Positions 39,770-49,088 of a stretch of 64,000 nucleotides of DNA are shown piece by piece. Numbering within the stretch: the first letter of the stretch is position 1; every line of letters starts with the position of its first letter. The DNA is taken from positions 143,300 through 207,299 of the forward strand of contig CAZDWS010000003.1 of the NCBI GenBank assembly GCA_964509295.1, read 5' to 3'. Source of the DNA: an uncultured Geobacteraceae bacterium (GTDB lineage Bacteria > Desulfobacterota > Desulfuromonadia > Geobacterales > Pseudopelobacteraceae). Below the pieces are notes generated by a model. That model was not told the DNA's origin and did not search any database. It saw only the letters and a program-made list of their open reading frames with translations. A program made the position numbers and the translations under genes.

Positions 39770-40593
39770 TTGTTTTTGTATAAAGCTGAAGGCTGACAAA
39801 CAGGGCAAAAATGCGTACCCCGCTGCCCTACCCTGATTTTAACAATCTTTTCGCCGCATTTGATACAAGCCTTACCCTGCCTACCATAAACTTTTACCTT
39901 GTAGTTACCAGCCTTAAAAACACCGTCAATATTGGCCCCGTCGGTTGCGACAGCTTCCTGTAAAACAGCAATAACAGATTTGTGCAGAGTCAGAATTTCA
40001 GAGTCGATTAATCCGGATGACTTTTGTAACGGATTCAAACCGGCCAGAAAAAGGCTCTCATCCGCATAAATATTACCGATACCTGCTACAAAGGACTGAT
40101 CAAGCAGCAAAACCTTAAGCTGACGATTAGTATTTTTAAGGCGGCAACAGAACTCGTCAGCCCGTACTGTCAAGGCATCCGGCCCAAGTCCGACAGTTAC
40201 AGATGAAGGGTCTTTGACCAACCAGGCACGACCGAATTTCCGGGGATCGTCAAATCTCAGTGCCATGCCATTATCAAGATGAATAGAAAAGCGGTTATGG
40301 GGAGCGGGGCTTTGATCTGAGTTATTGATATAGGCAATGCCGGTCATACGAAGATGTAGTGCCAGATATATTGGTGACCCCGCATTCTCAAGACCGAAAA
40401 AAAGATATTTACCGTAACGGCTGACTGATCTGAAGCTGCTGGAGTTAACAACAGCAAGAAATTCATCAACAGTTGAATCTTTGACAACTCCCGACCAGTT
40501 TAGATCAACAGATTTGATTCTGCTTCCGATCAGCGGTGGTTCCGTATTCAACATATCCCTGACAACGCTTTCCACTTCCGGTAATTCAGGCAC
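39766..40593 (-). CDS. mutM: Formamidopyrimidine-DNA glycosylase
   Basis: 'MPELPEVE' catalytic N-terminus, H2TH domain, and a C-terminal zinc finger 'CIKCGEKI...CPVCQ'. Confidence 0.85.
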   Translation of the reverse strand: MPELPEVESVVRDMLNTEPPLIGSRIKSVDLNWSGVVKDSTVDEFLAVVNSSSFRSVSRYGKYLFFGLENAGSPIYLALHLRMTGIAYINNSDQSPAPHNRFSIHLDNGMALRFDDPRKFGRAWLVKDPSSVTVGLGPDALTVRADEFCCRLKNTNRQLKVLLLDQSFVAGIGNIYADESLFLAGLNPLQKSSGLIDSEILTLHKSVIAVLQEAVATDGANIDGVFKAGNYKVKVYGRQGKACIKCGEKIVKIRVGQRGTHFCPVCQPSALYKNN

Positions 40594-40612
40594 TCATACC
40601 TCACAATAATTA

Positions 40613-41656
40613 TTAATATTTAAGGCTAGTTAAGATACTACCTTTAATCTTTTGATTTATTGTTGATATTTCAATTTCATCCAATGCCAGCACATGATTT
40701 TTACTGATAAATAAGGATATCCCCTGCTTTTTTAACCGTTCCAGATTATTTCGACCATGACCGGTCAGATCTGAAATCCTTGACCGATGACAGGCAATTT
40801 CAATCGTTTCGGAAGAATCTAAAGAGTTTAAAAGCTGCAAAACCAGATCATAATATAGTTCAGAGCGAACAAGTTGACCAAAGGCCGGGTGCCAGCAACC
40901 GGCAACTATGTTGTCGCTGTTAAGCCCTGAATCAGCCTGAAGTCCGATGCGAATCACATCAACATCTGCCTGCATGGCTCTATGCAGAAGGCGCTTACAC
41001 ATATTCACCCCTTGCTCCACAGTCAGTGGCTGATATTCACCCAACTGATATTTTGCAGCCAGCTCCGTCCCACTAAGAACGACAACCGGGTATATCCTGA
41101 TAAAATCTGCTCCGGCGGCGATGACTCTTTCCAGGGATAGAAGTGCTTTCTCCGGTGAATCGGCCGGGAGGCCCGGCATCAGCTGTGCGCCTGCAGTAAG
41201 ACCATGATTCTTTATTATCCTTATGGCAGAATCGGTGTCAGCGGCAGTATGACCGCGCCCGGCGGCCAGCAGAACAGAATCATCCATGGACTGAACACCA
41301 AGTTCAATGATGTTAACACCCATGCGGGTCAACCATCGAACAGTATGATCGGTAATACAATCAGGACGGGTAGAAATACGAATATTGGAAACCTCTCCAG
41401 AGGCTAGCAGGGGTTGAACCGGAGACAACAGCTGTTGCTGTAATGTGAGGGGAAGAGCTGTGAAAGAACCGCCGAAGAAAGCTACTTCAACCGGTCTGTC
41501 TGCAGCAGTACTCAGCCAGGATTCAATTTTTTGGACAATTTCAGCCGCAGCAGGCAGCAATCCATTTGAACCTGAAATAATGCGCTGGTCACAAAAGACA
41601 CAGGTATGAGGACAGCCTTGATGACTAATGAAAAAAGGGACTGTGATCCTGGTCAT
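40613..41656 (-). CDS. Radical SAM protein (ELP3/YhcC-like, TIGR01212-type)
   Basis: 'GCPHTCVFCDQ' CxxxCxxC very near the N-terminus. 347 aa. It overlaps the rnc stop by 4 nt. Confidence 0.7.
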   Translation of the reverse strand: MTRITVPFFISHQGCPHTCVFCDQRIISGSNGLLPAAAEIVQKIESWLSTAADRPVEVAFFGGSFTALPLTLQQQLLSPVQPLLASGEVSNIRISTRPDCITDHTVRWLTRMGVNIIELGVQSMDDSVLLAAGRGHTAADTDSAIRIIKNHGLTAGAQLMPGLPADSPEKALLSLERVIAAGADFIRIYPVVVLSGTELAAKYQLGEYQPLTVEQGVNMCKRLLHRAMQADVDVIRIGLQADSGLNSDNIVAGCWHPAFGQLVRSELYYDLVLQLLNSLDSSETIEIACHRSRISDLTGHGRNNLERLKKQGISLFISKNHVLALDEIEISTINQKIKGSILTSLKY

Positions 41657-42384
41657 TCATCAGGTTCCAATGTAGTTTCAAGTAACTGAAGTGCTTTTAA
41701 TGCAGCAGATTGCTGTGCATGCTTCTTGGAACGCCCGATGCCCGTCCCAAGCAGTTTTTCATCCACAAAGACCTGAAAAACAAACTCCCTGTCGTGGGGT
41801 GGACCTGACTCTTCCAGCAAAAGATAATGGGGAGGTGGCAATTTAGATGAGGAAAGTTTTTCCTGAAGAAGACTCTTGGCATCTCCTGTTTTTAGCTCCG
41901 CATCAGGCTTAGCCATAATTTCAGAGAAAAGCCTTACAACGAAGCGACGCGCAGCTTCAAAACCACCATCAAGATAGACCGCTGCAATAATTGACTCAAG
42001 AATATCTGCCAGAATTGAGTCTTTGTCGCTACCTGAACTCTGTTCTTCTCCCCGACCCAGCCGGATAAATGGTCCAACGCCCAGATTCCTGGCTATGGAT
42101 GCCAGTGTGTCCTGATCGGCCATCTGGGACCTTAATCGGGAAAGTGTCCCTTCGTTTTCGCCAGGGTAATGCAAATACAGGGTTTCTGCCAGAACCATTC
42201 CCAGAATTGCATCTCCAAGAAATTCAAGACGCTGATAATCCCCAATTCCGCCACCAGCCTGCTCATGATGAAATGATGGGTGTGTCAGTGCCTGTTCAAG
42301 TAACTTGAAATCCGAGAATTTATATTCAATCAGTGTCTCAAGCCCTGAAATAACGTTTCCCACGTGATTACTCCCTGCAGTCAA
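41653..42384 (-). CDS. rnc: Ribonuclease III
   Basis: 'QRLEFLGDAILG' RNase III signature and a C-terminal dsRBD. Confidence 0.9.
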   Translation of the reverse strand: MTAGSNHVGNVISGLETLIEYKFSDFKLLEQALTHPSFHHEQAGGGIGDYQRLEFLGDAILGMVLAETLYLHYPGENEGTLSRLRSQMADQDTLASIARNLGVGPFIRLGRGEEQSSGSDKDSILADILESIIAAVYLDGGFEAARRFVVRLFSEIMAKPDAELKTGDAKSLLQEKLSSSKLPPPHYLLLEESGPPHDREFVFQVFVDEKLLGTGIGRSKKHAQQSAALKALQLLETTLEPDE

Positions 42385-43336
42385 GAGGAACAGATGCAGA
42401 AACTACCAGACCTTCCAAAAGACCATAATCACTTACCTTCATTGTTTTCTTTTTAAACAACTCCATAGTCTGCGCTGTCAAAAGTATTCCTGCGATAATC
42501 AGATCTTCACGACCCTTTTCCAATCCAGGCACTTTTACCCTGTCATACAGGGAAAGCGGCAGTAATGTATTGAAAATATCCATTATCTCCAAGTCGGTAA
42601 TCAGTGAATTATTGACTTTTCGATAGTCGTATTCCACCATTTTCATATTAATTGCGGCCAGTGTAGTTGCTGTGCCGGCAGTACCAATCAATACGGATTC
42701 AGCAGAAACCTCAATCCCGAACTTGCTGAGATCCTGCTGCAGGCTATCAAGTTCCTTGTGGATCTTTTGCTGCATGGCTTCAACAGTTATCTTACCTTCC
42801 GTCAAACGAACCACGCCCAAAGGAAGACTCCTGGAGTAAATAATCCTGCCGTTCTTAACCAATGTATACTCTGTACTTCCACCACCAATATCAAAGATAA
42901 TGATTTCATCGGACAGCTGATCAAGCCCACAGAGAACACCTGCCATGGTTATTTCTGCTTCTGTTGTCCCATCAATCACCTGAAGACAGATACCGGTTTC
43001 ACGCTTTATCATCCTGACAAAATCTGAGCCATTGCGCGCATCACGGACAGCGCTGGTAGCCACAGCTCGAATTGTAGAAGCCTTATATTCAGCTATTGCT
43101 GCAGAAAAGTTCTTCAGGCATGACAGGCCGCGCTCAACAGCCTGACAGGAAAGACCGTTTTCATGACAAAATCCCCCTCCCATGCGAACAATTTTCCGCT
43201 CCAGAAAAACTTGTTCAAAAACACCATCAGCTGACAGATCTGCAATTAAAAGCCTGGCGGTATTTGTACCGAAATCTATGGCGGCAACCCGCTGATTCAT
43301 TTGGGCTTCCTGTCTTGGGAAGACATGATATTCCAA
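42368..43336 (-). CDS. Ppx/GppA-family phosphatase (exopolyphosphatase / pppGpp phosphohydrolase)
   Basis: 'AAIDFGTNTARLLIA' and 'FDIGGGSTE' ASKHA-fold motifs. Confidence 0.85.
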   Translation of the reverse strand: MEYHVFPRQEAQMNQRVAAIDFGTNTARLLIADLSADGVFEQVFLERKIVRMGGGFCHENGLSCQAVERGLSCLKNFSAAIAEYKASTIRAVATSAVRDARNGSDFVRMIKRETGICLQVIDGTTEAEITMAGVLCGLDQLSDEIIIFDIGGGSTEYTLVKNGRIIYSRSLPLGVVRLTEGKITVEAMQQKIHKELDSLQQDLSKFGIEVSAESVLIGTAGTATTLAAINMKMVEYDYRKVNNSLITDLEIMDIFNTLLPLSLYDRVKVPGLEKGREDLIIAGILLTAQTMELFKKKTMKVSDYGLLEGLVVSASVPLDCRE

Positions 43337-44943
43337 CTCAACTCTGCAATTTTTTCAAATGCCGTAGTCATGTCATTATAGAGGATCGCTGCGCGAGGAA
43401 TACAGTTACCATTGCTGATTCTATTAAAATGCAGTCTTTTGATGTCATAAAAAACTGCCCTTGCTGATTTTTTAAGTTCGCGGATAGAAGTATTATTGTA
43501 CTCAACTCCCCCAACCACAACCTCTTCAACACAAGCCAGGCTGGCACTGACTTCACTGGAAAGTCGTTTAAGATCTTCCATGGCTTCATCAGAGAAGAAA
43601 ATATTGGCTTCTTTTCTGTCTATAATACAATCAAGAATATCCTCACAACGGTCTCCTATATGCTCCAGGTCTGTTACATTCTGCAATAATCCTGGTATGG
43701 CAAATCCGATGTCCTGCTTATTGTTTGAATTAGCGAGTGAAGCAAGGAAAGAGGTGATTTCATGGTTCAGGGAATCCAGGACCTGTTCATGCTGACGGAT
43801 CGTATCGGCCCTGCGGGCATCGAAATCAAACAGGATTTCACGGGTATCCGCGTACATATACATAGTAACAGAGGTCATACGCACAATTTCTTTGCGGGCC
43901 TGTTCTATGGCAAGAGTTGGGGTGTTAAGAATTCTGGAATCCAGATATCCGGCGCAAGGCTGTGGCAAGGCACCGTTTATTCCATGTAAGTCGTTTACCC
44001 CGATAATTCTGGCAACAACGCCACTAAGTACAATTGAAAATAATGCCGAGAAAAGAGCTGCGACAGTGTACATCCAGGCCAGGGAGGCAAACAATGTCCC
44101 CTCAATATTTAAATCATTGGAATGATCAGTCAGATCCCATACTTGATCCATATCCAGAAAATAATGCATGCAGATAATCAGAGAAAAAATTACAAACAGA
44201 TTTATACAGAAAAAAGAAATTGCTATTCGCCTGGAAGTTGAAGTACCGCCAATGGATGCCAGACAACCAATAAAAGCAACGCCGACAACTCCACCCAAAA
44301 CCATGATACTGGCCATTTCGGCACTGACATCATAGCTTGAAAAAAGAGACGTAATTACAGCAGCCAATGAAGTGGATGATTGAACAAAACAGGAGAGCAT
44401 CCAACCAAAAACAGTAGCCAACAGAGGATTATTAAAAAAAGCACCATTGAAAATATTATAGAAAGGGTGGCTTTCAAATGGCTTGAAGCTGTTTTCCAGA
44501 AGTGTCAGGCCAAGAAACAGCAAACCGGCACCAAGGAGCAGATCTCCTGCATTTGCAATTCTTCTGCGACGGGCAAAAAACTTGAGCAAGACCCCTACAA
44601 AAACAAGCGGAGTCGCGACCAGATGGTATGGGAATACGGGTAGATGAAGGGCTATTGATGCACCTATCAACACTCCGCCCAAAACACTTAATGACTGAAA
44701 GGCATTCAAAACTCCGCCATTAAGCAGGCCAATTGAAAAAATAACGGCAGCACTGACAGAATTAAGAGACAGTGAGAGAAAGATACCAAACAACATGGAA
44801 TAAAAGCGATTGGATGTTATTGCAGCAAAAACGCTTCGAATGCGTTCATCGGCCACGGTACGAATTCCATCCGACATGATACGCATGCCGAGTAGAAAAA
44901 GGCCTATGCCACCCAAAGCGCCTTCTAGAAGACTGAGAGGCAT
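43297..44943 (-). CDS. Na/Pi-cotransporter family protein with C-terminal PhoU-like domains
   Basis: N-terminal 'ALGGIGLFLLGMRIMSDGI' Na/Pi cotransporter repeats and multi-TM segments, with PhoU-like helices at the C-terminus. Confidence 0.8.
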   Translation of the reverse strand: MPLSLLEGALGGIGLFLLGMRIMSDGIRTVADERIRSVFAAITSNRFYSMLFGIFLSLSLNSVSAAVIFSIGLLNGGVLNAFQSLSVLGGVLIGASIALHLPVFPYHLVATPLVFVGVLLKFFARRRRIANAGDLLLGAGLLFLGLTLLENSFKPFESHPFYNIFNGAFFNNPLLATVFGWMLSCFVQSSTSLAAVITSLFSSYDVSAEMASIMVLGGVVGVAFIGCLASIGGTSTSRRIAISFFCINLFVIFSLIICMHYFLDMDQVWDLTDHSNDLNIEGTLFASLAWMYTVAALFSALFSIVLSGVVARIIGVNDLHGINGALPQPCAGYLDSRILNTPTLAIEQARKEIVRMTSVTMYMYADTREILFDFDARRADTIRQHEQVLDSLNHEITSFLASLANSNNKQDIGFAIPGLLQNVTDLEHIGDRCEDILDCIIDRKEANIFFSDEAMEDLKRLSSEVSASLACVEEVVVGGVEYNNTSIRELKKSARAVFYDIKRLHFNRISNGNCIPRAAILYNDMTTAFEKIAELSWNIMSSQDRKPK

Positions 44944-45022
44944 TTACGATGTACTCCTGAACTACAACTTTAAAAAAAATGAAGATTCTAAAAGAACTGC
45001 AGGAAATATCTATACCGGTAAA

Positions 45023-45298
45023 CTAACCATCTACCATTTCTTTCAATTCCTTGCCTACTTTAAAGAATGGGAGCTTTTTGGGACGAACTGTGATGGACTC
45101 TCCGGTCTTGGGGTTGCGACCAGTATAGGACTCATACTCTTTGACTACAAAACTTCCCAGACCACGAATTTCAATCCTGTCACCCTTGACCATTGCTTCG
45201 GTCATGGAATTAAAAACAAGATTTACAATCTCTTCTGCGCGCTTGTTTGAAATGTCTTTTTTAATAGCCAACTGCTCGATGAGTTCAGATCTGTTCAT
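45023..45298 (-). CDS. HU/IHF-family DNA-binding protein (IHF beta-like)
   Basis: 91 aa. 'MNRSELIEQLA...RIEIRGLGSFVVKEY...GRNPKTGESITV' DNABII fold. Confidence 0.85.
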   Translation of the reverse strand: MNRSELIEQLAIKKDISNKRAEEIVNLVFNSMTEAMVKGDRIEIRGLGSFVVKEYESYTGRNPKTGESITVRPKKLPFFKVGKELKEMVDG

Positions 45299-45450
45299 AA
45301 AACCCCTCCCACGATAAGTTCTAACTGTTTTATTGATGATTGCAATAACTTAAGTTGTATTATTAAGATTTTCGGTAACGTTTGTAAAGAAACATCTTAA
45401 TCTTTCTCAACTATAATTGCTTTTCAAACAAAATAATTTGAAAAAGGAGG

Positions 45451-46764
45451 CTATTGGGCCCTGACCAGCAATGTAACGCTTTCCAGGTGAAATGTTTGTG
45501 GAAACATATCAACCGGAATACTGCTCCTGACAGAATATTCACCGTTTTCTACAAAAGCGGCACAATCCCGTGCAAGAGTGCTTGGATCACAGGAAATATA
45601 AATAATTTTCTCCGGCTTAAGCATTAAAATTTCCGTAACGGCGTTGCCCGCACCACTTCTTGGCGGATCAAGGATCACAACATCAAATTTCCTGCCAGCG
45701 GCAACAAGCTTTTTAACTCCAGTAACGGCGTCAGAACAGATAAACTCAGAATTAGTTATACCATTCTTCACAGCATTTTCCACTGCAGATAAAATTGAAT
45801 CTTTGTACTCTTCAATACCGGTCATACTAAAAACATCGCCAGCCAGAGGAATTGAAAAGTTCCCATTGCCACAGTAAAGGTCCAAAACCTGTTCTGTCCC
45901 CTTAAAAGCTGAAAAACTTCTGACCAGTTCCAGTAGTTTAACGTTCTGGTCTCTGTTTACTTGCGAAAAGCCGCCCGGTTTGTAAGACAGTTGACATTGA
46001 TTCCCAAGTTTATCCGGCAAAAAATAAGTCAGCAGGTCATCACCATAAACCTTACACAAAGTTACTTTTTTACCGGATTGGAGATAAAGACCTGTTACGG
46101 GGCTCAATTTACTCCTATGATTTTTAAAAAAATCTGCCACTCCATCCATATCAGTTCCGATGTAATTAACCACAGCAATAACAGCTTTACCGGCACAGTC
46201 AATATTGATCTGTGAGACTAATCTTGGTTCTGGAAAAGTAGCCAATACTGAACGAAATGAACTCAGAGCCTCATTGATAACAGGCATGGCAACAGGGCAA
46301 CCGTCAGATGCATCTTCAACAAAATGTGTGGCCTGACGATAAAAACCGATATTGAGTTGTTTTTGATAACTATGTAGTTTGAACTGGACACGGGAACGGT
46401 ATCCATAATCCTGAGTAGAAGGAACAACATCAGCTATCAACTCACCTTCTACCCGGGTTCCACGCCAGAGTGTATCTGCAAAAATTTCCCTTTTGGAAAC
46501 CAGTTGCCGCTTATAGGCGATGTGCTGCCAGTTGCAGCCACCGCATGAACCGAACAGGGGGCAAGGCGGTTCAACTCTATCTGCCGAAGGTTTAACAATT
46601 TCAACAATGGAAGCGGTGCTGTAAGATCGCTTGTCCGTTGTCAAACTGACCTTCAAATCATCTTCAGGACAGCTGTAAGGCACAAAGCAGACTTTACCGT
46701 CATAGCGCCCAACCCCACTGCCCCCGAAAGCCAGCCTGTCGATACTGATTTCAAAATCTTTCAT
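45451..46764 (-). CDS. RumA/RlmD-type TRAM-domain RNA (uracil-5)-methyltransferase
   Basis: TRAM domain. Fe-S motif 'CPLFGSCGGCNWQH'. C-terminal SAM-MTase 'DLYCGNGNFSIPLA' and 'ILDPPRSG'. Confidence 0.8.
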   Translation of the reverse strand: MKDFEISIDRLAFGGSGVGRYDGKVCFVPYSCPEDDLKVSLTTDKRSYSTASIVEIVKPSADRVEPPCPLFGSCGGCNWQHIAYKRQLVSKREIFADTLWRGTRVEGELIADVVPSTQDYGYRSRVQFKLHSYQKQLNIGFYRQATHFVEDASDGCPVAMPVINEALSSFRSVLATFPEPRLVSQINIDCAGKAVIAVVNYIGTDMDGVADFFKNHRSKLSPVTGLYLQSGKKVTLCKVYGDDLLTYFLPDKLGNQCQLSYKPGGFSQVNRDQNVKLLELVRSFSAFKGTEQVLDLYCGNGNFSIPLAGDVFSMTGIEEYKDSILSAVENAVKNGITNSEFICSDAVTGVKKLVAAGRKFDVVILDPPRSGAGNAVTEILMLKPEKIIYISCDPSTLARDCAAFVENGEYSVRSSIPVDMFPQTFHLESVTLLVRAQ

Positions 46765-47152
46765 ATTTTTTCCCGCGAGAAATTATACCTGATTTGAGAT
46801 GTTTTGCGTACTCGCTGAGTACAAAGCATGAAGGAAAATCTTTCCGCGAAAGATAGGGTAAAACATTGTTTTCAAAGGATGTCAGCAGACTCTGTCCGAC
46901 GGATTCAACTTCACTTTCAGGTACGGCCATTTTCTCCAGCACACGTTCAAAACGCAATGAAAGTCCAAGCTGATTTTTGACCTGATCAAATAACGCCTGA
47001 GAATCAAACATACCAACACTTAATAATATATCTGCAGTAGCCTGAAGTCGGACATGAAAGTAGCCGCCATAATAGTGACTGGTTGTATTCCGTACAGAGA
47101 TGATAAAGCCATCAGTCAACGCAAATTCGGCAATAATTTTGTCATTCCCCAT
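46751..47152 (-). CDS. Hypothetical protein, 133 aa
   Basis: The ORF overlaps both neighbours (11 nt with the creatininase-family gene and 14 nt with the methyltransferase). I recognise no motif. Confidence 0.45.
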   Translation of the reverse strand: MGNDKIIAEFALTDGFIISVRNTTSHYYGGYFHVRLQATADILLSVGMFDSQALFDQVKNQLGLSLRFERVLEKMAVPESEVESVGQSLLTSFENNVLPYLSRKDFPSCFVLSEYAKHLKSGIISRGKKYERF

Positions 47153-47867
47153 TATGAAGTTTCTCGATCATTTGAACCAGCTCAACCAGTTTTCCGGTTA
47201 CCAGCATCTCCAGTTTGGCTCCCTTTTCTGCAGAAGCCTGACAAGGGTCGCCCCAAACACCACCCGGCCAGTAGCGGCGTTTGTCTCTGACCAGAATTCC
47301 GGCTGGGAATGCCGGGTATTCCATGGGAGAAGTTCCTTTGACCAGATGCGGATGTGAATGCATGATTCTGGATGTTTCAATCTCTCCGGCATGGGAATCG
47401 CCAGGGGTCACTATCAATCCTCGTCCTTCGTCCCGTGCCAGATCAAATTCTGTTACAACAGCTATTTCAATATCGGAAAACTCCGCAATCAATTCTTCGC
47501 CAGCCTCCTGCAGCGCCATCCTATGGGCACCACCGGCATGACCACTTAATGCTATGAAGTTCCTGATCCCGTGACTGCGTAAGGAGCGCACAATATCTTT
47601 GAAAAGTGATTTCAGGGTTGTAGTGGTGATTGATATGGTTCCCGGATGACAGGCCGTTGAACGGCAATTTCCGTAATGTACTGGCGGAGCGACAAAAAGA
47701 GGAACAAGTTGAGCCGCTTTTTTTGCCACTTCATAGGCTTCAATGGTATCTGTGGAAAGTGGCAGATGATAACCATGCTCTTCAACTGAACCAAAAGGAA
47801 TCAGCACAGTCTGTGTGCGACCAAGCCCGGCTTCGAACTCCGGCATGGTCATTTCTTCAATTATCAC
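47142..47867 (-). CDS. Creatininase-family amidohydrolase
   Basis: 'LIPFGSVEEHGYHLPLSTD' and '...SGHAGG' creatininase-fold metal-binding motifs. Confidence 0.75.
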   Translation of the reverse strand: MIIEEMTMPEFEAGLGRTQTVLIPFGSVEEHGYHLPLSTDTIEAYEVAKKAAQLVPLFVAPPVHYGNCRSTACHPGTISITTTTLKSLFKDIVRSLRSHGIRNFIALSGHAGGAHRMALQEAGEELIAEFSDIEIAVVTEFDLARDEGRGLIVTPGDSHAGEIETSRIMHSHPHLVKGTSPMEYPAFPAGILVRDKRRYWPGGVWGDPCQASAEKGAKLEMLVTGKLVELVQMIEKLHNGE

Positions 47868-48613
47868 AATACCCCCAGCAGTTTATGCATCTGCGGTATA
47901 ACCCTGACGTCAGGCAGAATTGAAGCTGCTGATTCCTGTAGTGACAATAGATGAACGGCTGTAATGCCGACAGTTCCATCAGGCAGAGTTAAAGGTTGAA
48001 CAAAAAGCGGCACATTTTTATCGACAGAAGTAATGATCTCACAGGCCTGCTTTATCTCATCCAAACTAGTCTGTTGGCCAACAACAAGTTTGACCGAAAT
48101 ATTAGTTGAGACAGAGTTCTGTAAAAAAGTCCTGTGCAACTCCCAAAGCGGCTGGCTGCACGCCGCTACCGAAGGCAGTTTTATGTCCATACTGATATAA
48201 TCCACATGTTGAACAATCTGATTCAATTCATTCGGCAGACTACCGTTTGTTTCCAGGTGCAGAGGCAGGATTTTTCTCAATTCCGGCAGCCATTCAGCCA
48301 AGATATTAACGGACAACAGCGGTTCCCCACCGGTAATGCTGATCGAATGATGAACGCCAGGCATCATGGAACACCAGGATTTAAGTAAAGTAACCAGCTG
48401 TTCCAATGAGAATTGCTGTGGGGTCTCAAGGTAGATATTCGAACCTGGCGTACTCTCCAAATGACATACAGCACCCTTTTGGTGTGCCGTATCGCAATAG
48501 GCACAATCCAGATTGCAATCTGTCAAACGGATAAAAATCTGCCTGCGGCCTGCCAGCATCCCCTCGCCCTGAATGGATGAAAAAATTTCACAGATTGAAA
48601 GCAGGTTACTCAT
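47864..48613 (-). CDS. 7-carboxy-7-deazaguanine synthase-like radical SAM (QueE family)
   Basis: 'FSSIQGEGMLAGRRQIFIRLTDCNLDCAYCDT' matches the QueE N-terminus, including the CxxxCxxC motif. Confidence 0.75.
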   Translation of the reverse strand: MSNLLSICEIFSSIQGEGMLAGRRQIFIRLTDCNLDCAYCDTAHQKGAVCHLESTPGSNIYLETPQQFSLEQLVTLLKSWCSMMPGVHHSISITGGEPLLSVNILAEWLPELRKILPLHLETNGSLPNELNQIVQHVDYISMDIKLPSVAACSQPLWELHRTFLQNSVSTNISVKLVVGQQTSLDEIKQACEIITSVDKNVPLFVQPLTLPDGTVGITAVHLLSLQESAASILPDVRVIPQMHKLLGVL

Positions 48614-48974
48614 AATAACAGGCTGAAGCGTTATCAGATTCCCAGACAGTAACTGATTCTACTGAGATATTGTCATTATTAAGGTGTTCGGAAAGTCTTT
48701 TATAAAGGAAACGGGAGATATTTTCCGATGATGGTGATAGACCGGCAAAAGCAGGGTTTTCATTAATATACTTATGGTCCAGCTCATTGATGACAATTCC
48801 GGCTTCTTTCTTCAGGATTTTGAAGTCTATCCCAAGTCCGGCTTTATCCAGTTCACGGGCAATTACAGCAACATCAACCTTCCAGTTATGCCCATGAAGA
48901 TTTTCGCAATCTCCCTGGTAGTTGATTAAGTTGTGCGCTGCGGCAAAACTGGTACGAATGGTCAGTTTGTACAT
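48606..48974 (-). CDS. 6-carboxy-5,6,7,8-tetrahydropterin synthase-like (QueD/PTPS family)
   Basis: 122 aa. 'FAAAHNL...GDCENLHGHNWKVDV' PTPS zinc-binding His motif with Cys. Confidence 0.75.
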   Translation of the reverse strand: MYKLTIRTSFAAAHNLINYQGDCENLHGHNWKVDVAVIARELDKAGLGIDFKILKKEAGIVINELDHKYINENPAFAGLSPSSENISRFLYKRLSEHLNNDNISVESVTVWESDNASACYYE

Positions 48975-49088
48975 AAAAACTCCTGATCCTTCAAGATATG
49001 GAAATATTTCAATTGAAATATACTACACAAAAACAAGGGCAACCACAAGGGCTGCCCTGATAAACGTTTTTCTATATTGTAATGCTAA

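Noticed and set aside
43297-43336. 40-nt overlap between the Na/Pi cotransporter start and the Ppx/GppA stop
   Set aside because: This is probably an over-extended start call for the transporter and the true start is an internal Met. It is not taken as evidence of anything unusual.
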